Shown here: positions 1-11,007 of the stretch, one piece after another
Numbering within the stretch: the stretch's first letter is position 1
Layout of the letters: each line of letters begins with the position of its first letter
Origin: Eledone cirrhosa
Taxonomy: Eukaryota
NCBI GenBank assembly: GCA_964016885.1
Contig: OZ024740.1
Span: 59,024,001-59,088,000, forward strand
Length of the DNA stretch: 64,000 nt
Direction: 5' to 3'
Program-made: the position numbers and the translations under genes
Notes under the pieces: generated by a model
What the model was told of the DNA's origin: nothing
What the model saw: only the letters and a program-made list of their open reading frames with translations
The model's database searches: none

Positions 1-147
1 GAAAACATACCCTTTTTGTGTCTTCTTCTCTATATACTGTATTATGAAGAATCCGGTACTTCTTCCTTGAGCTCATTAAATTACAGGGGATTAACGCGAA
101 TCTTTAACTCTGTTTTTTCATTTGATATTTATATATATATATATATA

Positions 148-1370
148 CACGGGTTGGACAAAATAATGGAAACACCTTAGAATTTCAAACAAATTTATTT
201 GGCAGTAATTACAGCTTGAATTCTACGAGGTATGGACTCGTACAAAGTTTGAATTGTTTCCAAAGGAATTTTTGTCCATCCTTCAGCTAAAATAGTCTCC
301 AGTTCTTGTAGTGATGATGGTGGAGGATATGGACTCCTTAGTTGTTTTTTTAAAATGCACCATAAATGTTCAATAATATTGAGATCTGGGGACTGTGGTG
401 GCCAGATAAGATGTTCAACTTCACTAGAATGTTCCTCGTGCCATTTAGTAACAACTTTAGCTGTGTGAATTGGTGCATTATCATCCTGAAAGATTGCGTT
501 TTCCTCCGGAAACAGTTCCGCAACCATAGAATGAATTTGATCAGATAAAATGCTTAAATAGTCTTGACTATTAATTCTGCCATGAAGGAAAACCATTGGG
601 TTGGCGGATTTCCAAGATATAGCCTCCCAGATCATCACAGATCCTCCTCCATGTTTAACAGTTGGAAGAAGGCAGTCTGCTTCTTTTGGCTGTCTCCACA
701 TGTATACTCGGCCGGTGGTCGGAAATAAGGTAAAGGATGACTCCTCCGAGAAAATAACATTCTTCCACTGCTCTAGGGACCAAATCTGTAGGTTTTTACT
801 CCACTCTAAACGCTTTGCAACATTTGTTTTTGAAAGTAGTGGTTTTCTAATTGCAGCCCTCCCGTGAAATCCGGCTTTGTGCAGCTCCCGGCGAACAGTT
901 TTTGTGGAAACTGGGTTCTCGAGGTGGTCATTAAGCTCTGCAGTAATTTTGTGATCCTTTCTAACAATTCGCGTAAGAGTCCAACGGTCCCTATCTGAAA
1001 GTTTTGGTTTACTTCCGGAGTTTTGTTTCAGCGAGGAGGTTATTCCCTCTTTCTCAAAGGCTGTCATTACTTTCGAGACAGTACTTCTTGATACACCAAA
1101 CATTTCGGCTGTTTTCGTTACGCTAGCGCCTGCCATACGAGCACCAATAATTTGACCTCTTTGAAAGTCCGATAGATCTGTCATTTTAATGAATTTTAAT
1201 TACCTTTTTCTGATGATATCTGAAAAGAAACAGCAATTTTAACAAAACATATTAAGCAACACTAATAATAAATCAAAAGACATAAAAATAAACAAGGTTT
1301 TGACGGTTTTATAGATATTTCAAAATTATGATGCTATGATGCGAGGTGTTTCCATTATTTTGTCCAACCC

Positions 1371-1373
<3 letters not shown>
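148..1373 (-). mobile_element. Full-length Tc1/mariner DNA transposon, 1,226 bp, DD36E (Incomer-like)
   Basis: 30-bp TIRs: CACGGGTTGGACAAAATAATGGAAACACCT (148-177) and AGGTGTTTCCATTATTTTGTCCAACCCCTG (1344-1373), with 1 mismatch. Both ends are flanked by TA within (TA)n tracts. One transposase ORF lies inside. Confidence 0.96.
195..1184 (-). CDS. Tc1-family transposase (329 aa), probably impaired
   Basis: N-terminal paired-like HTH (LSDFQRGQIIG...AEMFGVSRSTVSKV), VIFSEESSF (canonical DES, here EES), PTVKHGGGSVMIW, FQDDNAPIH and WPPQSPDLNIIEHLW. There are 36 residues between the second D and the E. Confidence 0.93.
   Translation of the reverse strand: MTDLSDFQRGQIIGARMAGASVTKTAEMFGVSRSTVSKVMTAFEKEGITSSLKQNSGSKPKLSDRDRWTLTRIVRKDHKITAELNDHLENPVSTKTVRRELHKAGFHGRAAIRKPLLSKTNVAKRLEWSKNLQIWSLEQWKNVIFSEESSFTLFPTTGRVYMWRQPKEADCLLPTVKHGGGSVMIWEAISWKSANPMVFLHGRINSQDYLSILSDQIHSMVAELFPEENAIFQDDNAPIHTAKVVTKWHEEHSSEVEHLIWPPQSPDLNIIEHLWCILKKQLRSPYPPPSSLQELETILAEGWTKIPLETIQTLYESIPRRIQAVITAK

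Positions 1374-1428
<55 letters not shown>
1374..1428. repeat. (TA)n microsatellite, the target of the Tc1 insertion
   Basis: Pure TA run abutting the right TIR. A TA run also abuts the left TIR (130-147). Confidence 0.95.
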
Positions 1429-1430
<2 letters not shown>

Positions 1431-1539
1431 AATTCCTCCGAGGAATAACAACACACCTAGGAGCTGGACATATCGATGTATTGACGGAGTGAAACACACT
1501 TCAACAACATGTGTACCTGTCTTTTCCACACCAATTCGG

Positions 1540-1594
1540 ACTGCCTGAAGAGGTCACAGCCAATGATGACTGTCACCGAAATATATATAGCAGT
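1540..1594 (+). ncRNA. Minimal type I hammerhead ribozyme motif (Penelope-type)
   Basis: ACTGC-CTGAAGA-GGTCACAG(ccaatgatga)CTGTCACC-GAAA-TATATA-TA-GCAGT. Stem I is ACTGC/GCAGT, the core is CUGANGA, stem II pairs 7 of 8 bp, followed by GAAA, a palindromic stem III and a UH cleavage site. Confidence 0.72.
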
Positions 1595-1676
1595 AAATTT
1601 ATAAATTATAATAAATGAAGCCAAATTTTACATATTTGACTTACTTATTTTATATATACATATATATATATAAATA

Positions 1677-1977
1677 TATATCAACTAGAAATTGATTGAC
1701 ATATATATATATCTAAAATAAACACATGAAACAATCACAGGGAATAATTTGTAATGTGTGTAAGCACACACAGCTAGGTAGTAACTAATTAAAGTTTAAC
1801 TAGAACTTCAAATATAGATACCTTTTAAAATGATTAATCATTTGAAGTTCTAGTTAAACTTTAATTAGTTACCTACCTAGCTGTGTGTGCCTACACACAT
1901 TACAAATTATTCCCTGTGATTGTTTCATGTGTTTATTTTAGATATATATATATGTCAATCAATTTCTAGTTGATATA
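1677..1977. repeat. Long near-perfect inverted repeat (arms ~137 bp, 26-bp spacer)
   Basis: 1677-1813 (TATATCAACTAGAAATTGATTGAC...CTAGAACTTCAAAT) is the reverse complement of 1840-1977, with about one substitution and one indel. Confidence 0.95.
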
Positions 1978-2071
1978 AAATGCTCGGATCTATTCATTGG
2001 AATCTTTGAGCATATTCTACAGTGGATATGGCTCATGTCTCTCGGACATGACACCCTTAATTTAATTTTGG

Positions 2072-2336
<265 letters not shown>

Positions 2337-2485
2337 GCTTGAGCTCTGCCCTCAGGGTCATACTTTCTCCTATTACCCACTCTACTACCATAAGTATTGA
2401 GTACTCTGGTGCGTTATGGTCCATCTGGTTCCTTACCACAACTCCTCCGTTATATATATATATATATATTATTGGATGTATAATG

Positions 2486-2640
2486 TCATCATCATCATCA
2501 TATATCCACTTTCCACACTGCCATGGGTTGGACAACCTGTAATGGGTCCATATTTGGTATGGTTTCTATGACTGAATGACCTTCCTAATGCCAACTTCTT
2601 TATAAGATGTACTGTGTACATTTTATCATGACACCAGCAC
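2486..2640 (-). mobile_element. SINE 3' portion with RTE-like (ATG)n tail
   Basis: (CAT)n followed by TCCACTTTCCACACTGCCATGGGTTGGAC and GAATGACCTTCCTAATGCCAAC. These motifs are shared with copies at 15.3, 16.6 and 22.0 kb. Confidence 0.65.
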
Positions 2641-2789
2641 ATGTGAGGTTGTCACATGCTAGCTCACACTAACCCTACATTTTCTCCATTTGATTGCCAA
2701 ACATTGTTGATGAACATTGTCAAACACTGTAATGATGAATTGATCTTTTGTATTATGACATATCACCAGTCAGCCCAATCCTGTGTCAT

Positions 2790-3270
2790 CCTCATTATAT
2801 GGTTTAGTTTCTTTATAACTTCATCCCATATCTTACTTGGACTCCCTCTTCAACAGGTTTCGTTTACTTCAAGAATATGGCACTTATGCACAACCATATC
2901 AATGCAAGCGTCTCTTTTCCACACTATATGCAATTCCTCTTATACTCAACTTTTCTCTCAATTCACTTGTGCTCTGTTGGTCACATACACTGGTATTACA
3001 CACCCAGTGAACCATACATGTCTCATTTGTTTTTAGCCACTGCAAACCTTCTGCACTCAACACCTATAACTTGCTGCCCTACAGCATTGTAGTTTGAACA
3101 CATGCATCATATATTATGCCCTTCACTCTGAGAGATAAACCTTTGTTGTCAGCAGGTATAGCAGCATCCTGAACTTCTTCAACCCTGTTCTCTATCTGGT
3201 TATAAAACTTTTGGTTGATTCATTTCCTCTACTAATGAAACCTCCTAGATAGCAAAAGTTTCTTACCACA
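2790..3270 (-). mobile_element. Decayed RTE-clade LINE fragment (RT C-terminal region)
   Basis: The minus strand reads FCYLGGFISRG...TGLKKFRMLLYLLTTK, homologous to the + strand RTE copy at 19.5 kb (SFYYLGNLISSRGG...IGLKKFRELLPLLTTKG). It is frameshifted. Confidence 0.7.
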
Positions 3271-3299
3271 TAAAGTGAGCCTTCTGAACATTTGACAGT

Positions 3300-3565
3300 T
3301 TACACACACACACACACACGTGCATTCACACACACATACATGTGCACACACACACACACATGTGCACTCATACACACACACACACAAACACACACATACA
3401 CACATTCACAGACACATGCACATGCACACACACATGCACATGCACACACACTCATGCACATATATACACAAACTCACACACACAAACATGCACACACACA
3501 CACACGGGCATGCATGCACACATACACTCACACACACACATGTATGCACACGTGTGTGTGTATGT
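3300..3565. repeat. Degenerate (CA)n microsatellite
   Basis: CA/CACATG-rich low-complexity tract. Confidence 0.9.
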
Positions 3566-3676
3566 AATGAATGAAGTAACAAGACAGGAGGTAGGCCAAA
3601 TTAAGAATAATAGTTTATTGCTCACGAGATGTGAAAAAGGACATTACATTATGTTTTGGACTATTCCCTTCTCGCT

Positions 3677-4665
3677 CTCTACCTCTCTATTCTGCTACCA
3701 TACCACCACCTCTACCTCTCTATTCTGCTACCATGCCACCACCTCTACCTCTCTATTCTGCTACCATACCACCACCTCTACCTCTCTATTCTGCTACCAT
3801 GCCACCACCTCTACCTCTCTATTCTGCTACCATACCACCACCTCTACCTCTCTATTCTGCTACCATACCACCACCTCTACCTCTCTATTCTGCTACCATG
3901 CCACCACCTCTACCTCTCTATTCTGCTACCATACCACCACCTCTACCTCTCTATTCTGCTACCATACCACCACCTCTACCTCTCTATTCTGCTACCATAC
4001 CACCACCTCTACCTCTCTATTCTGCTACCATGCCACTACCTCTAGCTCTCTATTCTGCTACCATACCACCACCTCTACCTCTCTATTCTGCTACCATACC
4101 ACCACCTCTACCTCTCTATTCTGCTACCATACCACCACCTCTACCTCTCTATTCTGCTACCATGCCACCACCTCTAGCTCTCTATTCTGCTACCATACCA
4201 CCACCTCTACCTCTCTATTCTGCTACCATACCACCACCTCTACCTCTCTATTCTGCTACCATACCACCACCTCTACTTCTCTATTCTGCTACCATGCCAC
4301 CACCTCTACCTCTCTATTCTGCTACCATGCCACCACCTCTACCTCTCTATTCTGCTACCATACCACCACCTCTACCTCTCTATTCTGCTACCATGCCACC
4401 ACCTCTACATCTCTATTCTGCTACCATACCACCACCTCTACCTCTCTATTCTGCTACCATGCCACCACCTCTACCTCTCTATTCTGCTACCATGCCACCA
4501 CCTCTACCTCTCTATTCTGCTACCATGCCACCACCTCTACATCTCTATTCTGCTACCATGCCACCACCTCTACTTCTCTATTCTGCTACCATGCCACCAC
4601 CTCTACCTCTCTATTCTGCTACCATGCCACCACCTCTACCTCTCTAATCTGCTACCATGCCACCA
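3677..4665. repeat. 33-bp minisatellite, ~30 copies
   Basis: Unit CCACCACCTCTACCTCTCTATTCTGCTACCAT[A/G], highly homogeneous and strongly pyrimidine-skewed on +. Confidence 0.97.
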
Positions 4666-5717
4666 ACTCTGCCTCAAACTACTTCTTATTTCCTATTGTT
4701 TTATTTGCCTCCAAACATCTTTACAATTCTTCTTTTATAAAAAACAAACATGTTGCTTGAGTGACATAGAAAAAAATACAAATATGTTACTTAAGTCACA
4801 TAGAAAAAGAAACAATATATAAAAGCAGGAAGAAAAAAACAAAAAAATAAAAGAAAGGAAATTCTAGGCACATTTGAACTTGTATTTAAATCATGGTGTT
4901 TGTAAAGGGGAGGTAAGTATGGTGACAGGAAAGGTAAGCATAAAGCCAGAAGGGAGAGAAGGAAAAGAGGTTAATGTGAGCATACAGACAAACACATACA
5001 TGTACAACTAAGTGTGTGTATATGTAAATATATATAAAATGGAAGTGTACATGCAAACTCAGAGATAAGAGTGTTCAGTTACATTCCAGTTCAAGAATAC
5101 ACACAGTTGCATGCACACTTACATTCTTTAGGTTAGTAAATATATACATATTCACACAGGCAAATACATATATAAATATTCTTCTCTGATGACCTTGTGG
5201 TAAACAAGCAAAACTCCAGAGTAACAAGACTATTAGCCTTACTAAAATGAATATATGTATATATATAGTCAAGAACATATATATGCAGTGGACTGTAAGC
5301 CAGGTGTACACATACAAATGTATGCACCATATGTATGCATATATAAACCTGTTGGTATACATGTGTACATGCAAATACACATATGCAGCAGTGTACAAGT
5401 ACACACATATGAATATACTGTCAATCAGGTATGTAGGAGCAAATATTCACAGCAGATAGATAAAGCATATGTGTATGAGTATCAGGTGTGTAGTTAACTG
5501 GGGTTAGTGTGTTTGAAAAGTTAAAATGAATTGCTGCTCATGGTATAGTCTTGAATAGAGTGAGCCATAATGCAGAGTGAATCCAAACTCATTTAATTTC
5601 CTGAATGAATGTTTGGAAGAGCTAAAGTAAAGTGAAATGGAGGACCATTTCTGAAATGGATGTCATGGAGGTTTTCAGTGAAATGATCTGCTAAAACAGT
5701 CTAACCAATATATATAT

Positions 5718-6210
5718 CATCATCATCCTCATCATCATTTTTAATATCTGCCTTCCCTGCTAGTAAGGGTAGGACAGGTCTACATAGACCAAATCAGTAT
5801 TGAAGTGATGGCTACTGATCTCCCAGACAAGCCAAGGATTTGTCGTCTCGCTTATGTATTCTCCTATCTTCTACCAAGTGCACAAGAGAGGTTGTCATGC
5901 CTTTGTCACAACTGAGAATCCTCCCAACCATTTGTTTGGCAAGCTTTCTTCAGCTGAATGCCCTTCCTATCACCAAACACTTTACAGCATGTACTGGGTG
6001 CATTTATCATGTAGATCACCAACACTAGGGCAGCTGTTATGTCTTTGACATGACTGAAGGGTCCACCCAATCCTTTGTTTGGCAAGCTTTCTATGGCTGG
6101 ATGCCCTTTCTATCACCAACCACTTTTCAGCACGTACTGGGTGCATTTATTGTGTAGATCACCAAACACTAGGGAAGCTGTTCATGCCTTGCTGTGACTG
6201 AAAAGTCCTG
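5718..6210 (-). mobile_element. SINE remnants including a ~143-bp tandem duplication
   Basis: (CAT)n tail at 5718. The segment TTTGGCAAGCTTTCT...GCTG(A/G)ATGCCCTT(C/T)CTATCACCAA...CACTAGGG occurs at ~5935 and ~6078. Confidence 0.65.
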
Positions 6211-6789
6211 CCAACTCTATGTATATAGATAGACAGATGCAGTCTTAGCTATGTGATTAAGAAGTTTGTCTCACAAACATGTGTTTCTGGGTTTCACCTC
6301 ATAATGTGGTAGCTTGGGCAAGATGAAAACTATAAAGTAGTAGCTTATGGTTTGAAAGAAGTCATTGGTATATATGATAACTGAAAATAAAGTACATATA
6401 TGTATATACATCACATACCCATATGCATACACACACTAGCAAGGAGCATGCTCACATTATAGAAAAAACAATATACACAGCTACATGCATAACATACATG
6501 GACTCACTGAACTAATTAATTTGTTTACAGTTATAATGTGTATCCACTCATAACACCTAAGAAATATAAACCACACACTCATATACAGATACACACACTC
6601 TTGATCAACAATAAAAAACACTCACCTACAACTACACATGCATGCATACACATATACACAATATACTTCTCCTATTTGTTCTTCTGCCTCTGTAAACTAG
6701 ATTTGGCTTGCCCCCTTCTTCTGGTTAGTTTGCTGTTATGTAACTGAGCCCTCTACACATAGGTTATCTGCCTACATTTTTTTCCTTAA

Positions 6790-7001
6790 CCCTTTAGCAT
6801 TTAAACCGGTCATATCCAGCCAGAATTCTCTCACCTCTTTCTGTTTAAACCAACTGTAACTGGCTGCTCATACTGATGTTAAGGTATTGTTCTCAAAATA
6901 AATAATATAAAAATCTCATAGATTTGATATTATGTAAGATAGTGTTTACTTTTACTGTGAAAATACAATAGTAAATATAGAGCAATATAAATGTTAAAGG
7001 T
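6790..7001. mobile_element. piggyBac-type MITE, copy 1
   Basis: TTAA|CCCTTTAGCATTTA...TAAATGTTAAAGGT|TTAA. The internal sequence matches the copy at 8758-8965. Confidence 0.8.
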
Positions 7002-7749
7002 TTAATTTCTCTTCATTTTTTAGTTCATTCTTTCATTCTTACTCTATTTTCTAAATAAGGACTTAGTTCAAAAACATTAACAATAACACTTTTCAATTCA
7101 TATCAGAATCAAACTAATAACTTCAATTCTTATCCTACACCATTTTGTTTGTTTCTCTTTTTTTCATTCATTACCTTTTTGTCATTCATTACACTCACAT
7201 GCAGTCCTTCCTCGTCTATTCTATCAATTTTACTACAGATTCAGAGTTCTACAATTTCTTGCAACTTTGGTTAGAATGCCATCTTGGATTATGTTAGATA
7301 TTTATCCTCTGATTTTCATCACAATTTTCCATGACAATCTTCACAACTTCCTCTTCACACTCTACTCCTCTATCTTCACTTCTCTAACTTTCTTTCCATT
7401 TCTCTACCTAGCCATTCCACTACCATGTCAGATTGATCTTTCCTCAACACTCTAAATCTTTACCTCAAACTACTCTTCATTTCCCATCTCTAACCCCTTG
7501 CCAAGTTCATTCTCTCCTTGTTCTCCTCTTCAACTTTCTCACACATAAAAAGATACAAAAATCCTCCTCATTACTCAACCCATCACCTCACATCCCCTTT
7601 TTCTGTATCCCCTTCCCCAACAACCTCACCCACAGCTTTCCCACCCACATCTATCCGCTCAACTCTCTCCTAACCTACCACTCCACCACCTGCTCCTCAA
7701 TTTTCTCTGCTCCTACTCCTCAATTTTCTACTATCCAAATTTGAATACT

Positions 7750-8330
7750 TATTTATCAGTATGGGTCTCTGCTTCATACCCTCTCCACACCCTTATGTAA
7801 TGAGTTTTGGACCCACACCAATGTTTAGCAGTTCCTGCACTGGACAAAACTGTGCATCTTTTTCTGAGGCTCCCCGCCAGCACCCAACAACCAGACCTCA
7901 ATTCACAGACCTCAATTGCCCACCATTTCACTGGACATTGTCCTTTGGCAGTTCACTAGCCATAACTCATTTGTTAACATGTGCACTAATGCCTCAACAT
8001 CACCCAGACTAAGCTCTCACCTCTTCATAACCTCCATTGCTGGAATGATATCCTAAAAAAACTGGCCAATAAGGTCAGAGCAATAGTGATATGAAACGTT
8101 GACCTCTGACTCTACAGCTTGCTGCCAACAGTATATATCTTCCACCACCTACCAACTCAGCTCTTCCTTTTTACTACAGGTACCAGATCACTCTACACTG
8201 TCATCTCCAACAACAGCCTCCCAGCTTTCCAGCATTTCTTCAACTATCACGCCACCCTTCAGCCCAGCAGCTCCATCATATTTATCTATAACTGCTTCAC
8301 TTTCGTAGAAGGGGTTTGTTAATAGGTCAC
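7750..8330 (+). mobile_element. Decayed Penelope-like element (RT region)
   Basis: Fragmentary peptides in the expected order: GLCFIPSP (cf. KGLSFIPT), a degenerate IKPADKGGAIV-like segment at ~8050-8090, and LFLFTTGTRSLYTVISNNSLPAFQHFFNY...NCFTF (cf. FTMDVxSLYTxIP...ALxHF...NxFxF). The C-rich flank from ~7250 probably belongs to it. Confidence 0.62.
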
Positions 8331-8757
8331 TGGGGTGGCTATTGGTACAAGAATAGTCGCCACCCTCTCTCGATCCACAACTTCTCACACTTACCTTCAC
8401 TGTACCTCTCCCTACCCACCCACATTAAATTTTGCCTGTCACCTTTTTGGAAGGTCAATAAAAAAAGTATCAGTTTACACCAGTTAAGAGCAAAATTGTA
8501 AGAGTGACAGACAAGATCCTTTAAGTATCTGTTCCATCTCTTTATGTTCTGAGCTAAAATCCTATCATTTATCACCAGCCACGTTATGGTGAGAAGACAT
8601 GATCTTCATGACTGAGCTAATGGTGAGCTGAGCTTCTAGTGCCAGATGGAGTCACACATCCATAAAAACAAAGTTTCAGGCACATTAATAAAATGAGTGG
8701 AGTCAGTTGTATCTCTATTGGTTCCAATAATGAGTGTCCTAGTTGTTCAGACATTAA

Positions 8758-8965
8758 CTCTTTAGCATTTAAACCGGCCATATCCGGCCAGAAATTTCTT
8801 ACCTCTTTCTGTTCAAACTGGCTGTAACCAGCCACTCATACTGACGTTATGGTATTGTTCTCAAAATAGATAATAATATCATCAAAATCTCATAGATTCC
8901 ATATTATGTGAGATAAAGCCATTACCACAAAAATACAATAGTAGAGTAATGTAAATGCTAAAGGG
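8758..8965. mobile_element. piggyBac-type MITE, copy 2
   Basis: TTAA|CTCTTTAGCATTTA...TAAATGCTAAAGGG|TTAA, about 208 bp. Confidence 0.82.
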
Positions 8966-8969
8966 TTAA

Positions 8970-9190
8970 TAGGCAAGTGACTGAGAATTCCATAGACACA
9001 TGCATCTCAGGGAGATTCAGCATGACCTAATCAGCATGACATGGTTGGCACTTTAAATTACAGATACACCTTGCCAGCTGAGTTGACTGGACCACTGTGA
9101 AATAAACATTTTGCTCAAGGTCACAACACATAAACAGGAATTGAACTCACTATCATGAGCTGAACACTCTAACCAGTAAGCCATGCACCT
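8970..9190 (-). mobile_element. tRNA-derived SINE
   Basis: Reverse complement of the 21780 family head: GTGAAATAAACATTTTGCTCAAGG...GGAATTGAACTCAC...CTCTAACCAGTAAGCCATGCACC. Confidence 0.7.
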
Positions 9191-10114
9191 GCACAGTGGA
9201 CACATTACAAAGATGGATAAATACAAGAACAGAAAGCTTCCACTGCACTAAGAGTTTTTTCAGTTCCTACTATGTTGTTGTTGCTGTTTATCCCTAGATA
9301 AGCAGCAGTCTTAATTGTACGAACTTATGATCACAGGTGTTCAAGCTATAACCATCCTGTGTGTATATACTTTCTCTAATACCCACTTCTTTCATCTTTA
9401 ATGGCATAAGGGACATTTTGTTGCTATTTCTAGTAGGTTAAATGACTACATAGAAGCCCTTCATTGGCTCATGTTAAAGGTGAAAAGCTATTACCCAGAG
9501 ATAAGGTTCACCAAAGAGTCATAAATATTTTCCAGGTTTAGAAGATATGAGATTTTCAAATATATCCTTTTATTTAGTCTAGAAACAGTCATGAATCAGA
9601 ATATCCTCTGACAGCATATGCCAAATGAATGTAGTTATCAGAGAATAAAGAGAAAACTTGAGGGGAATTAGTTGGAGTTTGCTAGTGGCGATAGTTTGGA
9701 AATGAGAGAACCTGAGAATAACTTAAAATAAAAGCCTTTAGTATGCAATTTTTTATGATAAAGATAGTTAACAAAAAAAATATATATATATATAAAACCG
9801 TTATTTTTTTTTTTTTTTTTTTTTCTTTTTAAGAAAGGAACAACAACCTATCCTGCTTCCGTTGAAATCATATCTCTAAAATTATTAACATCACACTAAA
9901 AGCAGAAATCTTAGTTCTTAAATTAGACTTCACTAAGCTTGTTATCTTTAATCACACAAAAATGATGTTAATCCATCTTTCTTTTAGTCACGAAGGATGA
10001 AGAAAATTGACATTCCTTTTGCCTCATTCTATCTCATGTTAATTTATCCAACTTTACCCTATAATTCTCTATCAAGTTTACCATACAGTTATTAGAGTAT
10101 CAATTGTAATTGTT

Positions 10115-10400
10115 TCTACTATTGGCACAAGGCCAGCAATTACCCTAGTACATTACTGGTACTTTATTTTATCGACCCCGTAAGGATGAATGGCAAAGTA
10201 AACCTCAAAGGCATTACAAGAAGCTGCAAAACAATCCCTGATGTGTTGCATGTCAACTTGAGAGTGAGCCAGAAGTATCAAATACCTTGCTGTATTTGTT
10301 CTGACTTTCTTCACTTTGAATTCAAATAATATTTAGATCAACTTTGTCTTTTGTCCTTTCAAAGTTGATAAACAAAGAACCATTCCAGTCAATTCTTGGT
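10115..10400. mobile_element. Two opposed fragments of a second SINE family
   Basis: The minus fragment is TTTCTACTATTGGCACAAGGCCAGCAAT...TACTGGTACTTTATTTTATCGACCCCGTAAGGATGAA. The plus fragment is TTTGAATTCAAAT...TCAACTTTGTCTTTTGTCCTTTC. Confidence 0.6.
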
Positions 10401-11007
10401 TAGTTCTCCCCTCCCCCCTCTCTCCCTTCCTCTCCCCTCCCTCCTATTTCCCCTCTCTAGCTCCTTTCTCTCTCCCTCTCTCAAAATTTGCTGTGGTCAG
10501 ACCTAAAAACAGGTGAGCTCTAGTAACACCTATGTAGTCCTCATGTTTGGGAAGTGCCATAATCTTTTAAGTGCTTAGGACTTCAAAAGAACTTAATCCA
10601 TCCTTATCCTCCAGCCAGGTTTTTAGGCCTAAGTCTCACTTAATGTTACCATAGTGCTCCTATGATTCCATTAAGAGTTAGGAGCTGAAGACAAGTCTTT
10701 GGAAAATGTAGTAGGTTCCAGATATATATTTTCCTGTTAGTATTTTTGTGAAGATATTTGTGTGAAATTGTAGATAAGTGAAACTCTCTAATGGTTAATG
10801 GTGGAGACTGTGACCAGTCAACCTGCTAGAAATATCAGCCAAATCTTCTTCACCTTACCATTTAAGAAAAAGAGAAAAGCACATTAGACAGTGCAATGGT
10901 AGATAACCCTAACAAAACAGGATAGTCATGGCTGGAATGCCTTTAATCATGGGTTTACTTGATCAGGATTGACCTGGAGCTAAACAGGAACACGTTTATT
11001 ATCATTA

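Noticed and set aside
366-867. Plus-strand ORFs 366-548 and 601-867
   Set aside because: Antisense shadows of the transposase ORF.
3342-4760. 472-aa and 338-aa ORFs as real genes
   Set aside because: They are translations of the (CA)n tract and the 33-bp minisatellite, with no domain or splice support.
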